DNA of 64,000 nt from Lama glama. Its lineage: Eukaryota. The position numbers were made by a program, and so were the translations under genes. The notes beneath the pieces were generated by a model, which was given only the letters and a program-made list of their open reading frames with translations, was not told the origin of the DNA and ran no database searches. This document shows positions 13,626 to 24,361 of the stretch, piece after piece (position 1 is the stretch's first letter; each line of letters begins with the position of its first letter). Location: positions 15,812,001 to 15,876,000 of the forward strand of contig CM052818.1 of NCBI GenBank assembly GCA_028534125.1. Direction: 5' to 3'.

Positions 13626-14719
13626 TGCCACACATTCTTGGTGCCTCGGATACTATCATTAGATCTTACAGATGAGCTGATGAGCAGGGCTTTAAGAATA
13701 AAGAACAATCTGCTTAGAAAAGTTAGACATTAGTAAATGGGCACTGTGATTTTTTTCCTACTGAAAGTCCATTTGGGTCAAGGGTGTATAAAATTGGGTA
13801 CACTTGTTGATACATATGCAATGAAACTGAGGTTGGGTATTAGAAACAGATACTTCCTTTCATTCTATTTTTTTCATATGCTGAACATTTAATCTACCAC
13901 CAGATATGATGATATAAGGTGGCGGCGGTGGGGGAACTGTTGTGAAACATCCAGCAGAAACATGATGGATCTTGCTCCTGATGACAGAGAACAAAGGACT
14001 AAAGACACTCCGTGTTCGCACAGGGCAGTCTGCCGAGCTGTCACTGTGTGAACCGTGGTCACAGGTGAGCGCCGCCAACATTCACAGGCTATACCGTCTT
14101 CACCTCAGAAGGATTTTAAAATAATAACCTTCTTCAAGTTTTAAAAATAAGACATCCTTTTGAATAGAATTTACAAAATATATTTTTTAGAGAAGAAGAT
14201 AAGGCATACCCGATCACACTACCCAGTGATAGCTACTGTTACCTTTTTCATGGACATCCTGTCAATCTTTCCCCTCGGTCTATGTACATGCATGAACAAA
14301 TGTAAATCATGAAATCCTGGTAGGTTTTTCTTCAACAAATAAATGAAGAGAGGAAAAAGTGACTCACTGACTTGGTGACTCCAATCTGATATTGATACAG
14401 ATTATTTCAATACAAGTTATTTCAAACATTAGTCATTTGTTTCATTTAAATGGTTACTATTTCACTACTCTGCTTTATTCAGTCTAATTTCCTTTGGCTA
14501 CTCCAAATCTTAAGCTTTTAAATTCCATGTAAATACATGCAGTCCCAAAACTCAATTTGGAAAAAAAATAAAACCTATTGAAATATGGTAGACAAATAAT
14601 AAAGCTGAATTTCTTTTCCTAATGTCTATTCTTAGAAGAGTGTTTACTTAACATTAATTTAACTTAGAAAATATAGCTATATCAATAGATGCATTTAATG
14701 ATACATACTCTCAACGAAG

Positions 14720-17700
14720 TAGGAATATAAGTGAATTTCCACACAATGGAATAGAGCACCTATGGCAAACTTAGAAATAACATCAATTTTAATGGTAAAA
14801 AAAAAAAATAGAGTTTTTACTCCAAAATCAGAAAATTTGGAAACAAGCAAGATTGCCCACTATCATTGCACTGGTGGTATAATGCAGATAAAATAAATAG
14901 AAGGCATAGAGATGAGAAAGGGAGAAATTAAACCAATTCTATATGCAGACAACATGACTGTCTATGTAGAAAATCTTTAGTAATCTACCCCCCAAAAAGA
15001 AAAATAACACTAGCACTAATAAATGAATTTAACAAGTTTATGGAATAAATGTCAATATACAAAGATCAGTTGGACTTTTATATATAAGTAACAAACAATT
15101 AAAATGGTGAAATCAATATGATTTATAGCAGCATGGAGAGTCAAAATGTGCAAGGATAAATTTAATATAAGTTGTGCAAACTTCTTCACTGAAAACTGCA
15201 AAACATTGCTTCTAAGAGATAGTAAATAAAATTTAAATAAATGGAGAGGTTTTCCAAACTTGAAAGAATCAAAACTAACAGAAGTCAATATTCTCCACAT
15301 TTATTTATAGATATTATTTAATCCCAATAAGAAACCCAGACCACTTTTTTTTTTTGGTAGAAATGGACACACTGATTCTCAAATACACATGGAAATGCAA
15401 ATGATTTGTATAGTCAGAAAATCTTGAAAATTAAGATCAAAGCTGGAGGACCTACGTTACCTGATTCCAAAAATTGTTGTAAAACTACACTAATTAAGAA
15501 AGCACGTTCATGTAAAAATAGACAAATAGGTAAATGGAATAGAGTGGAGATATGATTCAGTTAACTGATTTTTGGCAAAGGTGTAAAAATGATTTACTAG
15601 GGAGAAAGAAGAAATCTCTTCAACACATGATATTGGAACAACTGTATATCTATATCCTTGTGATGTCTACCTTGCCCTAATTTGGGATGGGTCAGTGAGC
15701 TAAATGCATAAATTAAAAGTATTAATCTAGAAGCAAACATAAGAGAATACTATTATGGTAGGTGATTAAGAAAGGTTTCTTAAATGAAAGAAAGCAGAGG
15801 GTAATAACTAGGAGAAAAAAAAGAATTGATGAAATGCTAACAATTAAAACGAAAATTTCTGCTCATTAAACAAAACACCATTAAGAAAGGAACAGACAAG
15901 TCACAGAGTAGGAGAAAATATTAATAATACATATAACTGAAAAAGAACTAATTTGCAGAGCATATAAATAACTGCTATAAATCAACTGTAAGATAAACAA
16001 TCCAATTACATTGAGAAAAGAATTTAAACAGATCCTTCACAAGGGAAGATTTATAAGTGGCCAATATAAAAAATGCTCAACAATCAACAAAACGAAAAGA
16101 CAACCTACAGAATGGGAGAAAATATTTGCAAATGATGTGACTGACTAAGGACTAATTCCCAAAATAAACAAACAGCTCATACACCTAAATAGCATAAAAA
16201 CAAGCAACCCAATCAAAAAATGGGCAGAAGACCTAAACAGACATCTCTCCAAAGAAGACAGATAGATGGCCAACAAGCACATGAAAAGATGCTCAACATC
16301 ACTAATTGTTAGAGAAATGTAAATCAAAACTACAATGAGATATCACCTCACATCAGCCAGAATGGCCACCATTAAAAAGTCTACAAATGATAAATGTTGG
16401 AGAAGGTGTGGAGAAAAAGGAACCCTCCTACGCTGTTGGTGGGAATAAAAATTGGTGCAGCTACTATGGAGGACAGTATGTAGGTTCCTTAAAAAACTAA
16501 AAATAGACTGATCATATGATCTAGCAATCCCACTCCTGGGCAAATATCCAGAGAAAAATATAATCCAAAAAGATACATACACCCCAATATTCATAGCAGC
16601 ATTATTTACAATAGCTAAGACATTGAAACAACCCAAATGTCCATCAACAGATGACTGGATAAAGATACACATACTGGATACACATACACACACAATGGAA
16701 TACTACTCAGCCATAAAAAGAATAAAATAATATCATTTGCAGCAACATGGATGGACCTGGAGATTGTCATTCTAAGTGAAGTAAGCCAGAAAGAGAAAGA
16801 AAGATGCCATATGATATAGCTTATATGTGGAATCTTAGAGGAAAAAAAGGACACAAATGAACTACTAATTATCTGTAACTTAGATGACTGATTTCTTGAA
16901 CACGTGTAAGCACATTTCACTGTCCTTATGATCAGATTACTGTATTCTGTTGATTCTTATTTTGTGGTTGGCTTTATTTCTTTGATAACTACATGCATTT
17001 AAAAAGCTAAAGCTCTAAATTGTTCTTAGAAACAATGAACAGTACATATATGTAAATTGAAAAACTTATGTGCAGTATATTGTATATATGTATTTACATG
17101 AAATATATTGTATATGTGCAGTCAAATCTTATGAATTTTACCTAATAAAACTAAAAAATGAAAAAAAGGCTCAACATGATTTGTCATCTGAGAAATGCAT
17201 ATAAAAATAACAGGGAAATGTCACCACACACCCTCTAGAATGAATAATATTCAAGTGACTAATAATACCAAATGCTGGAAAACCTATCAAATAACCAGAA
17301 TCCTCATACAACCCTGACAGAGAGTAAAATAATATAATCACATTGGAAAGCTTTGGCATTTTCTTATAAAGTTAAATATACATAAATGCTATGACCTAGC
17401 ATTCCCCTCACAGCTATTTACCCAAGAGAAATGTAAATACATATCCACAAAAACACTTAAACATTTATTTATATAGCTTTAGTCATAGTTGTAAAGAAAA
17501 AAAATCAACTGATAATAGATACACAAATTGTGGTATATTTATAGAGTAGAATGCATCTCACAAAGATAGATGTATACAACAACATGGATAAATCTCAAAA
17601 ACACTATGCTGCTTGAAGAAATACAGACACAGAAGAGTACATACTGAATGATTTCTTTTACATAAAATTTTAAAATAGACAAAACTAACCTATGGTACTA

Positions 17701-17885
17701 AAAATAAGAACTGTGGATGCCTCTGGGTGCAGGGGAAAGGTTGAACTGTAAGGCAGTTACATGATGAAACTTCGTAGGGGTGATGACAAAATTCTATATT
17801 TTGACAGGAGTAAGAGTTCAAAACTCATTAATCATTTAGTATCAGGGCATTTCACTGTATTTAAATTATGCCTCAATTTACAAGA
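14720..17885 (+). mobile_element. Old L1M (ORF2 3' half plus 3' UTR), split by a younger insertion at 16083-17161
   Basis: Degenerate ORF2 RT/C-terminal sequence (gcagacaacatgactgtctatgtagaaaatc; tacccaagagaaatg..acatatccacaaaaac) is collinear across the insertion, with an L1M 3' UTR ending ~17885. Confidence 0.85.
16083..17161 (+). mobile_element. Young 5'-truncated L1 (16083-~16863) fused to ~300 bp non-L1 polyadenylated sequence, within one TSD
   Basis: Well-preserved ORF2 C-terminus and start of the 3' UTR. TSD aaaaaatgctcaaca (16068-16082) / aaaaaaggctcaaca (17162-17176). AATAAA at 17144-17149 is followed by an A-rich tail. Confidence 0.85.
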
Positions 17886-18044
17886 AATTTAAAATGTGGG
17901 GGGCAGTTCTTCAAATGAAGAGGCTCAAATTGTCTCTACTTGGTATGTTTCAAGACACATAGTCTGATAATGGACTTTTAAGTCTATTGGATATTAAACT
18001 GAACAATAATAGGATTTAAATAGTTGAATATATTGCTTTCATCT

Positions 18045-18515
18045 GATCAGGAATGCTTTGGGTGCAAGTAACAGAAAAGTTACTTACGAGCTTGTTAACT
18101 ATCAAGTAATGGTAGTCATTCCAGGCATGATTCAGCTTAAAAATCTCAGACTCTGTCCCCCTTTTAGAATATGGTTCATGCCCTTCCAGTCAGACACATT
18201 AAGAAAGAACAGTTAGGAGCAAAAACTTTCCCATTGAAGTCTTTGTTTTCATCAGTGAAAGGAAGCCTTTAGAGGAGAAAACAAATGTCTTACTTCTCAT
18301 TGGCTAGATGATACGTGTCCAGCCCTGGACCAATTTAGATAGGTCTAGAATAGGATTACTGTGATTGATTTGAATCATCCTTTACACCTATGCAGGAGCT
18401 TCTCTTTCTGAGATCAAGGCATCTCCTCACCCTACCTGAAAAATCAGGGTTCATTCCATAGGGAGGAACTTAAGGATGGGGCTAGTTGTGGGCTGACAAT
18501 GAATAGTCTCTGACA
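18045..18515 (-). mobile_element. Old MLT1 (K/L-type) LTR
   Basis: atcaggaatgctttgggtgcaagtaacagaaaa start; ctcattggctaga..tgtcc; aaaatcagggttc near the end. Confidence 0.55.
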
Positions 18516-18556
18516 CATATTCCTTTCCTAACTTCTGTTAAAATGAGTAATTTCTA

Positions 18557-18575
18557 CTCTCTCTCTCTCTCTCTC

Positions 18576-18619
<44 letters not shown>

Positions 18620-18676
18620 TACATATACATATATATATCTCACATATGTATACATATATATTTATACATGTATATA
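18557..18676. repeat. Compound microsatellite (CT)n(AT)n(AC)n with a TA-rich tail
   Basis: Directly visible dinucleotide arrays. Confidence 0.95.
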
Positions 18677-20020
18677 ATTTTCCCCAACGTGGAAAGAGTT
18701 CAACTGTTATAATCTCTTTCTACTGTCTATTATTTTACTCATTGGCATGAAGTGATTTAGTTATTGGGTAAATTTGGGAAGAATAAACAGGTTATGCTCA
18801 GTTCAGCAGTGACCTTCTATTCCAGAGGAGTTAACTAGAAGGAGCACATGCCCTGTTGCTCCACTAGGGGAGGTTCTGTCTCAGTGGGGAAGCAGTGTGA
18901 GGAAAGGAGGGTCTTCCCAGTTTTCAGGTATCAAGACTGTTTAACGTCACCCACTTCTGGGGTTCAGTGTTAGAAAGCCCAGTAGGTTCTTACACCTAAG
19001 CTAGTTTTTTTCTAACCCAGCATTTATATGCAATAAAGTTGACAGCTACCATCTTTATAAATTTTCAATGTGTTTAGAACTTAGATGGAAAGAGGGAAGC
19101 TGTTTAAGTCTCCTAAGAAGCCTCAACATTCGGTGCACTGGCTAAGGGCATTGAGAATTAAATAAGGAGTAGGTTTCTGGAGCAAAAAGTGTATTAGAAA
19201 ACATTCCCACGGGATGATGACTTTACCTCTAGACTGTGGGCTTTCATGTGTCACCATGGCATTCTGACCTTAGGGGTTTTCAGAGGCTTACAATTGATTT
19301 GTAGCTGTCTCACATTGCATGCTAGACTATGGCCAACTTAATTTTATAAGATTATGCAGGCCTTAAGGAAGGACACATAAGGTCCTGACGAAAGCAAGAG
19401 AATCCCAGCAGAGGTACAAGGCTCACATGGGTATTCACAGCAAAGGTACATGGGAATCACAAAGCTGACTGGGTGAAGCTTCTTAGCTGTGCTACAGGTG
19501 GCCTGCAAGGGCTTCTAATAGGTGTGCATGACCGCAGTTTAATTCATCGCCTGGGCTTTTTGTAACAGACATATCTATGGCAAAGATTATATTATATAAG
19601 AAGGAGAGAATCTTTACATGTTTCCTTGGTAGGTATAAAATACCAGTTGCATTTGAACATTAAGGAAGTCAACTTCCCATAGTTCTATGAGTCACAGTTC
19701 AGAGAAGCTAGTATAAAGTCTTCGTGCCAGGCATAGACAGGCATTGCCAGATGACTGCTCTAAATTTTATCACTTACTCAGAGCCAATGAGATACTGTTG
19801 GGAGAATTAATTTTATCTTTAATGTAGCCTTTTACATACATAAGAATGAATAGTTCTCAAAGATGTAGTGGATGTATTTCAAGATGATTGAATTATTATG
19901 GGTGGCAAGTCTGTGCCCTGGGAAAACGTTTCACAAGTATATGAAATTGAAGAGTAGAAGAAAGATAGTGTGTTGAGGGACACAAGGTAGAACTCTTGTT
20001 TTTTTTCTAATCCTCTAGGG

Positions 20021-20207
20021 CAGCAGTTATTATACTATAGCCAACTGGTTAAATCAGGCTGCCAGCTAATTTTACAAATAAAGTTTTATTGGAACACAGC
20101 CACACCCATTAGTCCAAGGTGCCATTCCCTCCACATTGGTAGAATTGAGTAGCATGGCAAGATCATATGGCCCACTGGCTTTTTATAGAAAAGTTTGTCA
20201 ACCCCAG
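20021..20207 (+). mobile_element. MER58A hAT-Charlie element
   Basis: aaataaagttttattggaacacagccacacccatt...tatagaaaagtttgtcaacccc. Confidence 0.85.
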
Positions 20208-20218
20208 CTAGAAGAGGG

Positions 20219-20404
20219 CAATGATTCTCAAACCTGAGCATGCACCAGAATTACCGAGAGGACTTGTTAGCATACAGATTTTTAGGCTTTATCTCCAAAG
20301 CTTCTGATTCAGATGTTTCTGTTGAGCCCAACAATTTGCATTTCTAGCAAATTCCCAGTGATGCTGATGCTGCTAGTCTGGGGACTGTACTTTGAGAATC
20401 ACTC
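20219..20404. mobile_element. MER5A hAT-Charlie element
   Basis: caatgattctcaaacct..gcaccagaattacc..atttgcatttctagcaaattcccagtgatgctgatgctgct..actttgagaatcact. Confidence 0.88.
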
Positions 20405-20777
20405 TCCTAAACACAAGCTTCAGAAGCAACTATGGCAACTTCTATAATTTGCTAAGAGTCATTTGCAGTTAAACCAGGTGAAGATGTGGTGAAAGCCTTA
20501 GTTTAAGTATCAGCCACAAGAAGCAGTGACAACAACTGAAAAGGAAAGAAAAAAAAAAAAACAGAAAAAAAGTTATAAATTAAAAAAAACAGTATTTCAT
20601 TAGATTTCGTTCACACTCAAGTACCAGAATTCAAAAATCATGTGGCTCTAAGATGACATTAAGAAATTTAAGAAATGTATACTACATATTTTTAGGGAAA
20701 GATGGGCTCCTTTATCCTCCTTCAACCAAATATGGTATATACATAGAGGCAAAATAAGCCACATTCTAGGAGATTTT

Positions 20778-21610
20778 TCTCAATTCCCGGGGTGGGGGGG
20801 AGGGGTACTAAATTATTTCATTTGAAGGGCTGGTATAAATGACAGAAGTTAAGTAGATGTCCTTACAACATACAGAAAGGGTGGACGTAAACCTGATAGA
20901 CCCGGACTGCATTGGTGAGCACGGAGGGTCACCCCACGGCTACCGGGAAGCCGCCCTAGGCTAGCTCTAGATATTACTGTCTTTCAGGGTGCATTTGTCA
21001 CGGACACGCGGCCAAGCTAGGTTCCAGGGCGGGGACAGGAGCTGGGCCAAGGGCGGCGGGACTAGAGGAGCCCGGGGCCAGGGCAGGGAGGGCCACTTCC
21101 GCCTCGCGCAGGTTGGTTACAAGGCCACCCAATTCTTCGCTGGCTTTCACCTGCGTGCTCCTTCAGGGAATGGCTCTCAAAGAAGTCACACATGTGGGCA
21201 TCGTTTTTGTCAGCGGCCGGTCTGTGCAGCTCCAGTAGTGACTGATTCACGCTAGTTCCTGAGTGCGAGGCCGACTCTGTCCCAGTGCTGCGCTCTGGTT
21301 CATCCCTAACCTGAAGGAAGATTCGGCCAACTCTCTGACCTACAGCTTCAATGGTTTCTCAGCATGTTCTCTCTCCTCATAGGAGTGGTGAAGAAACAAA
21401 ATGCTTGCAAAATCCTTCAAAGCCACAGCGTCGCGGTCTAGGTAGTAGGTCATGGACGGACACTCAGGTAATGTGGGTCTCCTGCGGACGGGCGGTTGGC
21501 GGTGCGTCAGGGCCGGAGCCGGGCGCGGAGTCAGGGTGGCAGCAGCGGTGCACGCCCAGTGACAGCTCTCTGCGGGGACATCTGGCCTCTCCAATCATCC
21601 CTAATTTGGG
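20778..21610 (-). pseudogene. FTH1: Processed (intronless) ferritin heavy chain pseudogene with frameshifts, stops, an internal insertion and the FTH1-type 3' UTR
   Basis: Minus-strand peptides [41 protein letters not shown] and VNQSLLELHRPAADKNDAHMCDFFESH match H-ferritin. The three FTH1 exon junction positions are contiguous. The 3' UTR (TAGCCGTGGGGTGAC...CCTTCAAATGAAATAATTTAGTACCC) matches FTH1 as recalled. A degenerate TSD is present: attctaggagatttt (20763-20777) / attctagacatttt (21611-21624). Confidence 0.93.
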
Positions 21611-21690
21611 ATTCTAGACATTTTGGCGTCTACCAGTGACTGGCACCTCAGCGAAGCAGAGTGTCGAGCCTTTCACTTCCCTTTCGCTAT
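20880..21690. promoter_or_regulatory. CpG island with promoter-like motifs (GC boxes, ETS, CCAAT, ETS-IRF composite)
   Basis: About 46 CpGs in ~810 bp by hand count, in an otherwise CpG-depleted window. Motifs: GGGCGGGG 21027-21034, CACTTCCGC 21094-21102, CCAATCA 21591-21597, ATTGG 20911-20915, TTTCACTTCC 21671-21680. Activity is inferred only. Confidence 0.6.
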
Positions 21691-24229
21691 GGCCTTTTCA
21701 ACACTGAGTATGGGGTTCTGGGAACTGGGTTTGCCATACTTAAGGGCTCTAGGGCCTGAGTATGGCTTCCATTCTCAATAAGGTGATTGTGGAGTCAGTG
21801 TTTAACAGTCCTGTGTGCCAGTTCACTCATTGGGATGCTTAAAATTGAAATGTATCAGAGAACTGACATTGCAATTTGTGATCCCAAAGGAAAAACCCTT
21901 CTGAAAACACTTCAAGAATCCCAGTTCCACACAGCCAAGGCTTTGCTGAAAAAGACAAGGTGTGGACTTTAAAAATTTGGAGGTTTGGACTTTACACTCA
22001 AATGGGGAAAATAATTCAAATCCAGATATAAAGGGACATAATATTTGGGGATTTTAACTTGCAAGGCGATTTAATCATTGTTCCTTAGAATTTGATAATG
22101 GGAAAGTGTTTTTTATTCACATTGAGATGCCCCTATATTCTGGATATTTTAATTATCTGAATGTGTTTAATGTCCTTGCAGAATTTCTGGAATGCTATGT
22201 GGATACTGCAGTTGGTTGTAATTTGGGATGGCAAACTGAATAGGAAATGGATTTTTACTCTTGGGTACGGAGTGGCCTTGGAGCTGATTTAGATAATGCA
22301 TTGTTCCCATCAATTTTGGCAAAATCTAAAATGACTACCAGTGGTCCCAAGATGATTCCCAAAGAGCAGTGGTTGATAATGGAGAGGCAGCCTAATCAAG
22401 GTTGGTTCAGGGTTTCCCTGATAGACCAGTGGTCCCCTCTGTCTAAAAGGACAGCCACGCCCCTTCTTGACTACAGGCTTTATGAAAAAGCTTAAAGGAT
22501 TTTAAAGAAAAAAGGGAGAGAATTTTATAGGGAACAGTTAATCCTTCCTCTTCATTTTTTCCTGCCTGTAAAAGAAACTAAGAATCTGTCTGTTCCTTTC
22601 CTGACTTCAACCCAGGGGCTGTGGACTGACATATCTGATTCGTAAAATTGGGAAGAAAAAATAGGCTGATTTGCTGTTTATTTGCTCAGCTCAGATCTAT
22701 TACTTCTTACTCTTAGAATGAATTGAAATAAGCTACTTACTAGGAGCACAAGTTGTTTGGTTTTTCCAGAGGTAGTTTCTGCTCCCTCTGACCATGAGAG
22801 ACACTGGGTGGATAGGTCTGCCTAATTTGGGGTTTGGTTGATGTTAGGAGTCCGTTTAGTTCTTAGAACTAAGCTATGACCTTTAACTTAGCATTAATAT
22901 AAAAGAAGTAGTATTTTGCTTTCCATGTGCCACTTTGCTTTACTTCTCCATATGTTTAGAAACTAAGTGGTAAAGATGGATACTATTTTTGTTTTTTGGT
23001 GGGGGAGAGGTCCTCCCTCATAAATTCTTGACAGATTTTACCCCTTATTCTTATTACATTTTTTTTAATTTTACATACAAGCAACTATATTTTTATAGTA
23101 AGCTGATGGATGAAGAGACCTTGTCAGTTACAAAAAGCAACCAAAAGGTCTATGGGCTACAGATACCTGTGGAGATTTATTTTATAAACCTTTTTTTCCA
23201 AAATAAATGAAAGTGTCAGCATCACTCGAAGAACAGGTGTGTGCATTTACATTAAATAAATTATTCATTTCTAATATTGTGAAATTGTTTTGTGGCACAT
23301 GAGAGTAAAAGAAAGCTGAAATAATCTCCATCCCTTGCATTATGCATTGTAACATTATAAAACAGGGTTGGGGTAGGGGGTGGGATACTCAAAAAACAGG
23401 CTCTCTTTTCAGTCCCTGAGGTACTATCGTAAGTAACAGAATAAAGTCCAATAAAAAACTTTGAATTTATTTTGGTTCCTTGTCATCACCTTTAGTTAAT
23501 AGTGTATGTATGTTTCAATTTCTAAGCACGTGGAATATGGTTTGTCTGGATGGAATGTTATTACTGATTTCCTTTACTAACCTCAAAGTGAGTTACCTTT
23601 CCTTTTCTTTCATTTTGGGAAACTTTGTATGCTCACTCATAGTCATAGCTGTTCCCAGAGCTTGAAAACACTCCTATGTAGTCTTTGACACTTGGCCCTT
23701 ATACACACACTTCCTGGAGCCTCTCTGGCTTCACCATTCCAAACTCACTGATCGCTGATTTCTCCTTCCTAAACAACACCACTGAATACTTACTGCCTGT
23801 ACCACTCAGTTCATTTCTTATTTAATATTTTAATTGTTATTTTTCTGTCCAATGTGCATACAGCATGAATCTCAAGTTAATTGCAGGCTTCTTAGGGTAA
23901 GCACCAGTTTTAATACTTAGCAGATCACTCAAAACATTGTGCTGTGCAACTCATAGGCAATCACTTTTGAACATACATGACATTACCAACTGGAAGAAAT
24001 CATATTCAAAGAAGATGAGCTTCTACTAAGGGTACAAAACAATTTATTATGTGTTTATGTTCTCAAACCTATAACATAATTATAGCTGAAATTATGCCTA
24101 AAATTTGAGCAACTAATAATTCACAAATGATAATTTTAGATATTTTTCATGTAGCTAAAATTAGTAAGTGCTGTTTAGAGCCACAGCTATCTTTTTCTTC
24201 GTGTGCATTCTTTGCTTTCATTTGTAAAA

Positions 24230-24361
24230 TATTTTTATTGTAAAATCAGCTTTATTGAGGTATAATTAGCATATAATAAAATGCTTCCATTTATGAATAC
24301 AGTTCAATGAGTTTTGAATAATAACTCATATAACCATCACTACATTCAAAATATAGAACTT
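24230..24361 (-). mobile_element. Old L1M 3' end (antisense), host of the young L1; resumes at 25727-25760
   Basis: cagctttattgaggtataatt..tacagttcaatgagttttga..accatcactacattcaaaatatagaac is a reverse L1M 3' terminus. Confidence 0.75.

Noticed and set aside
18855..18878. CTCF-like site CCACTAGGGGAG
   Set aside because: It lacks the GGC(G/A)C end of the core motif, so a single partial match is not enough.
20989..21617. Functional ferritin gene, or FTMT/FTHL17 identity
   Set aside because: The ferritin similarity is split over several frames with stops and an insertion. GRIFLQ and the 3' UTR match FTH1, and no mitochondrial leader is evident.
21625..21665. Iron-responsive element upstream of the retrocopy
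   Set aside because: Only TCTGCTTC resembles the FTH1 IRE stem. There is no CAGUGN loop in register, and it lies outside the putative TSD.
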